The translations under genes and the position numbers were made by a program. Positions 1-11,100 of a DNA stretch of 64,000 nucleotides are shown here, piece after piece (within the stretch, counting starts at the first letter, position 1; each line of letters begins with the position of its first letter). Origin of the DNA: Podarcis tiliguerta (taxonomy: Eukaryota). The notes under the pieces are model-generated. The model was given only the letters and a program-made list of their open reading frames with translations. It had not been told where the DNA came from and did not search any database. Where the stretch lies: assembly GCA_965153285.1 (NCBI GenBank), contig OZ229110.1. One strand, written 5' to 3'.

Positions 1-1450
1 TGCTCTTGAACATGGAAGCTCTGCTTATCCAGAATTTGTCACACTGAGTTCACTGGAACTTACTTCCCTAGTAAGTGTTTAGAACAACAGAGGTTTTGTT
101 CCCTCCCTGCATATAAATAAAATGTCCATGACAGGAAGTGAACAATGTAACACCAATTTTTGAGATAGGGATCCAGTGGAAGGCCAGGAAATTATATGAT
201 GGTTAGCTTAACATCTATTCTGGGAAAACTAGTGGGAAACATTATTAAAGACTTAATTACAAAGTATACAGGCGGGTGATTCCACTATCTCTGGCACCAC
301 ATTAAGGAGCTATTATCCAGGTTTTATTCAGGTTTCATTATTGAAGAGATGGGGGATCAGCCATTAGGAATGCTTCTTTTCCCCAGGAGGTCTTAGTGTA
401 ACCTGATACCTGGCTAGTACATAACTAGCCTGTTTTGAATGTCTACTGCCACCTCCCCCACTCCATCTTGAGACTGTAATCAGATGCAGGTCACATGGCT
501 TTTTCCTACCCTTACTCTGCTTTCTGTCTGCCGTCTAGCCTGATGTAGTTCTGGAGAAGTTGAATGCTTGTACACTATTTTGGTTGACCTGCTAAAGGTA
601 TTTTCCCTAATATGGATTGTGACTGCCATGAGTTGTAACTGAGTGCATAGACATATTTCAAGAGGTTTGTTTTTGTTGTTGCATAATTCCCCCCCCCCCC
701 CATTTATCACTCTGCAAACAGGAGCAGAGCAGGACAAATCTCTTAGGAGATGTATGTCAATCACGATCATTACTGTTTTATGGCCTGTCTGAAGCTTCCT
801 ACCTCAGGAATTACTGGGACACTCTATGCACTACCTATTAATTATATGCACCTATTCATTACATGACATGCATCACTTATTAACAACCATGCCGGCAGTT
901 TGGCTTGAGAAAATTGAAGGATTATTTCCCTCTGGGATGAGCCAGAATGAAAAACACAACAGGAGAGTACCAAGGCACCTTGATTCATTGCAGTGTGAAC
1001 TTTTATAAGCACAAATAGGAGCAACTGGTTAGGTCGTTATCCAAAGCAACTTGTCCAACACTCACAGATTTAGCTTTCTATGGCATTGAAAAAATTGAGA
1101 TTGTGACAGACTGTAATATCAGTTGCTGGCACCACCTTAACTTTTCTTTAGCTTTGAAGCCCAAAGGCACCTCAGAATTTTGGGCTTTCTCACGATCAGG
1201 GAAATAACATTCCTCAGCCAACTGATCATCATAATTGGACCTACCTCTGATTCCCATACACCTAAGCAGGCATTTACTGCAGACCCTCAAAGTGTCCCTA
1301 TTTTCCAGGGTTATTCCTGGATTTACAGAAGCTGTCCCGGTTTCTGATTTGATCCTGGAATGTCCTGCTTTTCCTTAGGACATCCTTATTTTCGTTGGGA
1401 AAATGTTGGAGGGTGTGGAGTTATGCGACCCTGAGCCAAGGAGACAAGTA

Positions 1451-1682
1451 CAGTGGTACCTCTGGTTATGAACTTAATTTGTTCTGGAGGTCCGTTCTTA
1501 ACCTGAAACCATTCTTAACCTGAGGGTACCACTTTAGCTAATGGGGCCTCCCCTCTCCGCCGTGCAATTTCTGTTCTCACCCTGAGGTAAAGTTCTTAAC
1601 CTGAGGTACTACTTCCAGGTTAGCAGAGTCTGCAACCTGAAGTGTTTGTAACCTGAGGTGTTTGTAACCCAAGGTACCACTG
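1451..1682. mobile_element. Tc1/mariner (Tigger-like) MITE
   Basis: TIRs CAGTGGTACC..GGTACCACTG with TA target duplication; internal aacctgagg repeats; homologous copy at 48399-48616. Confidence 0.8.
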
Positions 1683-2335
1683 TAGCTGTACTGTCTTAGA
1701 AGACGCCTGAAGTCAGTCCTGTATAGGGAAGTTTTTTTAATGTTTAATGTTTTATCATGTTTTTATATATGCTTGAAGTTGTCCAGAGTGCCGGGGGTAA
1801 CCACGTGTAAAGAAGAGGTTTCTTTCTAAATCCCCATGATGCAACTCAGACTAACTTGGAAGCCATGTGTTCTGACACATTAATGCCCATTCATCCCAGA
1901 AACATGGAGATTGATGGTAGTTCCTCAGGGGTGAGCAAAAGAATACTTGACACATGCTCAGACAAACACTCTTCTTTATTATTCCTTTGCCTGTTCTAGA
2001 ACTGAGCCCTGTCATGTCTGGCTGCAGGTGGATCCTAGCCAACCCTACACACAATGGGAAGCCAATGACAAACAGTGTTATTCAGGGACCCACAGAAATG
2101 CTGCATGACTTTGTGTTACAGAGATGTTATTTCAGTTTCATACGTTCATTTCGTACAACAGATCACACACAGTGCCATATATTCCTTACCATTTCCTCTC
2201 TGTGTCTGTGATGAATCCCAGCCTCTAGTTGTCACATGGTGATGCCCTGGCTTGGAGTCCCCCTCCCTCAATTACTAACCCCTCCCAAGTACCATACACT
2301 TGGGCTATGACCAAGAGCTTGCAGCCTCACCCCCC

Positions 2336-2367
2336 TGACATCACAATCTGCAGAAGATTGTCATTGG
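2336..2367 (+). promoter_or_regulatory. Candidate promoter module of copy A (TGACATCACAAT plus inverted CCAAT)
   Basis: Same motif pair and same 27-nt offset as the canonical DNAJB2 promoter at 15431-15462; candidate first-exon donor CAG|gtatga at 2478/2479. Confidence 0.5.
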
Positions 2368-3562
2368 TTGCAGTATATGCTCATCAAGAGAGGGTAGATG
2401 CAAAAGGATGATGGAGAGGTCCTGCTGTCCTTTCCTATGTCCAAGGCAGCCAGAGGCAGAAACAGAGGTTTTGGGCAGGTATGAAGAGCCAGAGGTATTG
2501 AGTTCATGGTGCAGATAGCATGCACCTTCTCCCTCCCTCCTGAAACAATAAGATGAACCCAGAACTCCACAGCAAGAGGGTGGAAGAAGCCAAATGAGGT
2601 CTTTATTCTTCTCCATCTGCATCCCTGGAGACAAAGTCTAGAGAGACCCTGGAATACAGAGATCAGAATTGGGAGGTTAGACCCTTAAGCACAAAAATGT
2701 AAGATGAGCTTGCTGGATCAGGCCAATGGCTCACCTAGTCCAGCATCCTGTTCTCACAGCGGCCTTCCTGCTATTTTATATCTGCATTCTTGAACTACAA
2801 GTCCAGATGGCAACTCAGTGGTGGGTGGCTGTGGGTAACCAGTCCAGACATCTGCAAAGCAATTGCACATATCCATAAAGCATGTCCTTGGCATTGCTTA
2901 AAAATACATAAAAATATGTACGTAGAAGGAAACCTAATGGAATTCCCTTCAGAATATGGATCAATGTATGAGTATTCCTAATAATCTCTACCTGGCCTTG
3001 CAGAGATTTGAACCTGTCGCTGTTATTCCACAATGACCTTCTCAAAACCAAAGCCCCCTTTTGGCCATCTCATGTCCTAGTGATCTTGTGAGCATAACAT
3101 GGATTAGTGCAGGGGTGCTTTTTTCAAAGAGAGCAAGATTTGATGCGTGAGGGCCTACCAAAGTTGTTGAGTTTTTTATAGGATTGAAGTTGCTGAGCTT
3201 TTTTTTAAAGGATTTTACCCCAGGACATATATTGCTACGGGGGCCAGATTAGGCCCCTGAAACAGACTTTGGACATGCCTGGATTAGCAGTAATGATATA
3301 GGGCAGATAACAGAGTGAATATGTGTTGCAGTGCAAATTTTGTTATATTGTCTGCAGTCTGCGCTAAATGAAAGAGAGATGTTGCCACTGTTTCCACTTG
3401 TAAAGAACCAGGGCAATTTACTGCAGGTATATATACTTAATGATTTACATCTTGTTATCAAAACAGGCCAAAGACCTTTTTATTTTACTTAAGTACAATA
3501 ATTTGTGCCTTTGTGATGCTTAGCCAGGAGCTAGGGCCACTTATTTATTTATAATACTGTGT

Positions 3563-3915
3563 AGTGCAGTGGGTGGCACTGTGGGTTAAACCACAGAGCC
3601 TGGGCTTGCCGATCAGAAGGTTGGTGGTTTGAATCCCCACGACAGGGTGAGCTCCCATTGCTTGGTCCCTGCTCCTGCCAACCGAGCAGTTCGAAAGCAC
3701 ATCAAAGTGCAAATAGATAAATAGGTACCACTCCGGCAGGAAGGTAAACGGTGTTTCCATGCGCTGCTCTGGTTTGCCAGAAGCGGCTTGGTCATGCTGG
3801 CCAAATGACCCAGAAGCTGTACACCAGCTCCCTTGGCCAATAAAGCGAGATGAGCGCCACAACCCCAGAGTCGTCCGTGACTGGACCTAATGGTCAGGGG
3901 TCCCTTTACCCTTTT
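3563..3915 (+). mobile_element. Sauria SINE
   Basis: tRNA-like head gggtggcactgtgggttaaaccacagagcc...gaatcccc, central gtgcaaatagataaataggtacc, tail cctttaccttt. Confidence 0.85.
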
Positions 3916-4206
3916 ATAGTGTAGAACAAGGGAGCTGGTCAGCAATGTTCTCCTGAGGTGGAAGCACATGCCACCTGCAACTTATGAGAGGATGGGATAG
4001 TGGTGGCTGCACATAAAGCTAAACTGTGTTTTGAAGAGACATCTTGTATTAGGTACTTTCAGCAGAGGATGTTTTGCATCTGGCATCAGTTGAGTGCTTC
4101 TGAGAGCTGGAGTGGGTGAGTGTGGAAGTCTGGCTGGAGGATGATCAATGTCCTACCATGTTCTCTCCTAATTTACAGCTGGCCTCTGCGCTAAACAAGC
4201 TGCATC

Positions 4207-4271
4207 ATGGTTGATTACTACCAAACACTGGACATCCCCCAAACGGCCTCCGCAGATGACATAAAGAAGGC
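4207..4271 (+). CDS. DNAJB2-like copy A coding exon 1 ([22 protein letters not shown])
   Basis: atcATGg Kozak; acceptor tttacag ends at 4178; donor gtaagt at 4272; 65 nt, same as the canonical copy. Confidence 0.9.
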
Positions 4272-7200
4272 GTAAGTAGCACAGAGTGCACCAACCACAA
4301 GATGTTATGTGAACCCAAATTTGGCATTTCATAAAATAGCCCAGTTTGGCTTAGATCAGTTTGGAGCCTGCCCAGTTCGGCTTGGGAAGGTCTATCTTAC
4401 CCTGCTTCCTTCTCCTCACCCTTATTCACTATTGGGAATTTTTTGTAATGACTATGACTTTTTTCACCTTTGACAGAAGTGGATACATAGCAGCCCTTCC
4501 AGAGTAGATAAACTGCCAAATTGCAGGTAAATAGGTCCAGGGGCTTTTGTGCTGGACACATCTAAACTGTAATTCACACCTACCCCTTTAGGAATATCTG
4601 TGCAATCTGCCCTTTATTTATGTTGTTTGGTGCATTCAATTTCTATCCTACCTTTTCCCAAGGATTCCAGGTAGATTAAGGTATTGCACTTCAAAGCAAT
4701 CATATGAAAACATAGCTAAATAAATTAAAATCACCCCATGCTTTTTAAAAATATAATTGAAAAATAAAAAAGACATAATTGCAAGTGCACAGAGTAATAT
4801 GACACACACAAACAAAAAGAAGATGAAATAGTACTCATGTAGAAAACAAAACAAAACAAAAATCACCCCATGCTTGATTAACCCTGCCACAGAATGCCAG
4901 ACGAAAGAAAAAATGTTCTGCAACCATTCTGGAGAGCTTACAGGCCCAGACTTTGATTGGACAAAGGACTCTAGAACAAAGGAGTTCCACAATTATAGGT
5001 CAGCCACCAAACTCACCTATCTACAGTACATGCCCTCGCTATTTGAATTTGATGCATGGACAATGTATTCAAGGCGGCACTCAGTAATAATAATGGCCAA
5101 AGGGGCTTAAGAGGTCAGATTTAGCACCTTGCATTGTGCCTGGAATGCAACAGGACAGGGAGCCAATGCAGATGCTACATCACAGGTGTCATTCATCTTT
5201 TGAGGCATACGCCAGCATGGAAGCAGGATCCCACACTGTCTACTAGCTGAACTCACCAGATAGTAACTGAATGCAACCAAACAGAGTGCATCACAGTAGC
5301 CTATCCTTGAGGTTACAAAGGTATTCCTACAAATTGGTTGTACGCTGGCTACATGGTGGTCCTTTCTATAATATCTGTAATATCTTGAGAATGCAGAAAT
5401 TACATAATTGCCAATATTAGGGTTGCCATATTACAAAAGGTAAAAACCAGGACACCCCAAATTTTGTTGAGCTTTTTTGGAACCCCCCACCCCGGATGTC
5501 AATTCCGCCTTAGAAATCCCGAACATATGGCTGCCCTAGTCAATATTGCTTCTTATGTGAAGACTTCTAGAAACCTACAGATTATGTAGTTTGAGCATGC
5601 ACCACGTCATGTACTGCTGGTATTGGGGAAGAAAGGACACCTCTCTTCTTGACATAATATTGAGAGGTGACGGTTTCTCTTAATGGTAATCCTACAGTTC
5701 AGTCTCTCCTTTTGAACTGCTGCAGGTACAGGAAGAATGCACTGAAATGGCACCCAGACAAAAACCCAGGGAACAAGGAATATGCGGAGAAGAAATTCAA
5801 GGAGATAGCAGAAGCATATGAAGTGCTTTCAGACAGTAAGACATTGGACCATTCTCGCCATTCCCCATCCCAGGGGTCTCCCATCTCTGAGCTGTTCCCT
5901 ATGTGCCCCCTGCCTTGTTGTGGTCTTTTAGAGACCTTCCTTATAATGCACACATGCCGCTTCCTGAGCTGCTGCTGGCTCCCAGTTCTTACTCCCTGCA
6001 GGCCACAGAAGTGAGAACTCAGCCCAATCACAGTCCACCCAGCATGAGTTTCCTGTACAACCCCTTCTCCAGGCACCTGGCATCCCCTTTGGTTCACTGC
6101 TAGACCTGCCAGTCCGCCTTCCATCCATCTCTTGAAAAGGAAGAACCAGGGGCACTTTTAGCAACTATATTTTCTGCTACTCAGTACTTTGCTGCTGTTT
6201 GGGGCCACAGTGCTTAGTGTTGGAGGGAGAGCTTGTGGTGTCTCAGGGCAGTGGTGGAGCAAGCTGATCCAGCACCTGGGGTGGCGTGCATGTCCTACGT
6301 CCGGGAGTGGGGCCAGCCGGGGCAGGATGCTCTGCAGGGCCTCCAAGGAGTCTGCCTGCCTCCTACAGCTGAGGGGGAGGTGGTGGGCAGACTGTTTGGG
6401 GAGAGACGTGTGGCTCGGGCACGCTGCAGACCCCGCAGCATTTTGTCACCCCCCCACACTTAGTGGTGACACCCGGGATGGACCGCCACCACCGCTCCCA
6501 CCTTGCTCTGCTAATGTCTCAGGAGTCTTGTAGCTAAAGCATATGCACAGGATTGTAGCAAAAGTTGAATGGGCTTCAAGATGGGACTGGCCTACTCTTG
6601 TTCTTTATTTCTGGCAGGTTATAAGCGGGACCTTTATGACCTCTACGGACTCGAGGGGCTGATAGGACTGAGCACAGGTAAGTGGAGGCTGGTTTGTAGA
6701 CATACAGGACATATGATCCATATGCACCTCTGTTCTGGGCTCAGTCCTCACCACAAGCACTTCCTGGTGCTCTCACCAACTAGTGCATGGGTGCACGCAT
6801 GGAGACCCCTCTTGCATCAAGTGGGAATAAGGAATCCTGGGTACTGAATTGTTTTCTTTCGTGGTTTGGGCTGCTCCCTGCTCTGTGTTTCTTCCTTTCT
6901 GGCTCTGGATCTTGCTTTGGGCCAAGAGATCATGCCTAGATTCAGCTGTCCTCAGCATATCATCCCCTTTCCCTTCTTCCTTCACTCCCTGAAAGACATC
7001 CACGGTGTGCTGAGAAGTGATGGTGACAGGTATCTGGTTTGTTTTCTTGAAGGTGCTGGGTTTTATCCAAGCGCCACTGAGACTCCAGACTTCATGTTCA
7101 CCTTCCGTGATGCAGATGAGGTCTTCAGAGAGTTTTTCGAAGGACAAGATCCCTTCAGTGAACTCTGTGGTATGTGCTGCATGAGGGGAACAAGGGGTAG

Positions 7201-8061
7201 GCAACATAAAGCTGCCTTATAATGGTGTCTCTGGCTCACAGCTGTCTCCTCTGGTGGGCAGCAGCTCAGGCCTCAGGCAGAGGGGTCTTCATCAGCCTTT
7301 GCACCCGAGACATCTCTTCATTTAACCTGGAGATGCCAGAGACTAAACTCAATGTGTTCTGCCAAGAGAGATTTGTTTTAAAACAGCTGTGCTACACCCC
7401 CGATTCCCCAGGCCGCATCCCTTACTGACCCTACTATGCACCATCCTCCTTGAGTACTTTCTTCTGGTGGGAAAGTGTCTTTGAACCTTGGTAGTAACTT
7501 TGGCTTGCCGTGATAGAGAGATGTGGAAAGGAGGAGATGCAGAAGCCGCTGAGTTTTGCATGGCTGGGCTGCCGCTTACTCTACAAAGGTGAGAGCCGCA
7601 TTGGTGTCCCTGCCCACTTTGCACCTAGCCCCACCCACCAGCAGCATGCAGCCGCTAGAAGTCTGCCTGCGAGGGAATGTGGTCCTTGGGCTGCAAAAGT
7701 TTCACCACCCTGCTTAAAAATGTCTATAACTTGCTTCTTCTGCTAAAAAATAAAGGCACTAACACCCTATTCTCAAGACGCAGTACCTTTCTCAGAGACA
7801 AAGGAGCTAGACATTATTATAGCTTGCAGGACCAAGGTTACAAGACAACGGCCTCACTCACAGTTTTCTTATTTGCATTCTTTTTCAACAGTGGAAACAA
7901 CTAAAATGTTTCCTCCCCTCTCCAACGGTTCACCCCTGTGCATGTTTGCTCAGATAGCGGTCGCACTGTCTTCAGAGGGTCTTGTGCCCAGATAAGTGTG
8001 TGTCGGATTGCTGTGTCACCAGGCTGCTGAAACAGAGCCATTTGGAGAGGAAGAGGAGTGG

Positions 8062-8105
<44 letters not shown>

Positions 8106-11100
8106 TGTGGGCTCTGTCCTCCCAGCCTGAGCCTGAGCTCAGAGCAGTGTTCTGTTCACCCTAATGAATCAGCCACCACAACAGTGGATTATATTCACTA
8201 CCATGATCCACAGGGCTTTTCTTCTTTGTGCTTTGACCGAGATGAGGACAGGGGGAAGGTTCCAGGTCTGGCTTGGCTGCAGTCTTTCTGCTCTGTCCTT
8301 GCCCTTACTGAAGGGGTGCATGTCACATAAGACATCCTCTCTGTGTCTTGGGGTATGGTATAAACATGGATTTGTATTTCATTATATCACCCGATCAGCT
8401 TAGGCTCATTGCACCAAGCAACGGAACTGAACATGTCCCTGTATTATCTGGGTTATTATGTGTAACTGGAAAGTCTTCCACTTATCAGCCTCCTCCTTCC
8501 TTTCCAGAGGAGTTGTCCCCATATACAGATCTTCAAGGAGGAATACCCCAGTGGGTCATGCCAGGCTGTACCACCTACTCCTATTGCTCCTACAGCTCTC
8601 CATTCCAGACAGGTAAGGCAAGGATGCATCATCACCTTGCAGCCTTGAGCAGCTCAGTGGGCCATCTGCTGCACATGCTCATTGCAGGGCGTGCTTCTCC
8701 AATACACTTTGCCTCCTCCATATCTGCTTCTCTACCTCATTCTGGCTCTGTCATCCCACAAGGACCCAATTCACCCCTGCTTTTAAATGTCCAAGGAACA
8801 ATTCTCCTGTGAAGTGTTGGTGCCTCCTTTGTCCAGTCCCTTCATTAGCCCACTGACACTCCCAGTATGGGAAGGCCTCTGCCGTTTGGCTGGGAATATT
8901 GAGGCCTGCGCTAGCTGCCTCCCTCCCCCTCAGCAGTGATGTTGTCCCTTTCCCCTCCTAGATTTCTTCACTACGTTTGGGCCTGGTGCGGAATTAGGAA
9001 TAGGCTTCTGCTCTGTCTCCACATCCACTAAGTACATCAACGGCAAACGGATAACCACCAGGAGGTGAGGTGACAAGGAGGGGCCAGGCGCCCGCGAGTT
9101 AGCCTGCCCCCTAATCAGATGTAATGGCAAACTATCGTTTTCTGCAAGAGCAGAAACAACTCACTAAAGCAAATTGTGTAAAAAGAGAATGGAGAGCGAA
9201 GGGGGAAGAGGGAGTTTGTGAGTTTGGGACTTTGCCAAACCATCATTTGGCATTTTGCTTGAACTAAGAATATATGTTCCTTTTCTATTACCTGTCTTCT
9301 ATTAACCCAAATTCATGTGCTGTGCAAATAATACAATAGAAGAGACCTTCAAAAGCACTTCATGTGTGATGAAATGCTCTTACAAATGGGAAATTCTTAT
9401 GCTTAACCTAAAACTGCTTCCCTTCAATTATTTTTGCCATGTCCACCTACCTGATCACCTTCTGAAAAATTTTTAATACTATTAAAAACGACCAGTATAT
9501 TGTCCTTCCTTAATCTGTAGGCTGATCCTTTGCTCAGATTGTTTAACCTTTTATCTTCTTACAGTTCATTTATGAACTGGTGTGGGTAAAAAACCTTTAG
9601 TGTCCAAGCCTCAACACAACACTGCAAATAAAGAATTATTCTTGCTGTAATGTTTCAGATTTGCCCTTGCTTAATTTCATTTTGTTCCCCTTGACCAGTT
9701 CTCCTTACTATTGAGATAATTTTGAATGTGTAGCTTGTCCTTTGGATTCCTTGCAATTCCACTCCATCCCCTGTACATCTGACTCTTCTCGCTCTTGCAT
9801 AACAATACCGGTAACTAGTAACTCCTACCCCTGTGGAGTAGATCTTGACAATTGTTTCCTGCTTACTATCAGTGGTTTCCCAATCAATCAGTTTATTTGT
9901 TTAGATATATAACTAGCCCCCATGATGGGCTTGTGTTAGTTAAAAACTGTTAAGGCAGAAAAAAATGAAGTGAAACATTCTCAGTGTTGACGATAAAAAT
10001 AGCCACTCTGTATTAACTTTGTCCTAAGTCTTACAGTGCTTCTCAGCAATGCTCAGGTTTGGATTGTGCTGAGCTTCTAGCAAGAGGGAATTTAGGGAAG
10101 AAGTCACCGAGAACGCCTCTGTTGTGCGGTTGTTGGGGTGTGGGGTGTGGTGTGGTGGCAGCACACGCTTTACCAGAATGCAATGTGGCAAGTGCTGCAA
10201 TGCAATGTGGCAAGGCCTCTTTTGCAGGATCCTTGAGAATGGGCAGGAGAGAATGGAGATTGATGCGGACGGGGAGCTCAAAGTGGCAGGAGTGCATGGT
10301 AAGAAATCAAACTCTGAGGGCACTAGAGTTGGGCACACATATAGAGTTCTGGGCACCACAGTTCAAGAAGGACACTGACAAACTAGAACGTGTACAGAGG
10401 AGGGCAACCAAAATGGTCAAAGGCCTGGAAACAATGCCTTATGAGGATCGGCTAAGGGAGCTGGGCATGTTTAGCCTGGAGAAGAGGAGGTTAAGGGGTG
10501 ATATGATAGCCATGTTCAAATATATAAAAGGATGTCACATAGAGGAGGGAGAAAGGTTGTTTTCTGCTGCTCCAGAGAAGCGGACACGGAGCAATGGATC
10601 CAAACTACAAGAAAGAAGATTCCACCTAAACATTAGGAAGAACTTCCTGACAGTAAGAGCTGTTCGACAGTGGAATTTGCTGCCAAGGAGTGTGGTGGAG
10701 TCTCCTTCTTTGGAGGTCTTTAAGCAGAGGCTTGACAACCATATGTCAGGAGTGCTCTGATGGTGTTTCCTGCTTGGCAGGGGGTTGGACTCGATGACCC
10801 TTGTGGTCTCTTCCAACTCTATGATTCTATGATTCTATGATTCTATGATTCTAGAAGGGAAGATGGGGGTCTTGGCTTGCATCTCGGTCAGTGGTGACTG
10901 GTGTTTACTGTGACTGCCAAAGCCAATGGATGACACTGAGCCTAAGTTGAGGAGGAGCAGGAGCAGCTCTATGGCTCACTCTAGGCTGGGCCGTCCCTGG
11001 AGTAATAAGGGCATCCATTGTACCACATTGCCCATTAGCAGCTGTGCAAGGATTAAGACTATCTGAGTCCAGGCTTGAATTGGTCCATGTTTCTCCCACA

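Noticed and set aside
1490-1682. Short repeated aacctgagg units resembling a spaced array
   Set aside because: Internal sub-terminal repeats of a Tc1/mariner MITE in vertebrate DNA; not CRISPR
10059-10760. 233-aa ORF spanning copy A exon 7 and the CR1 fragment
   Set aside because: Chance extension of the CR1 ORF2 C-terminus; exon 7 is read in a different frame, so it is not a fusion gene
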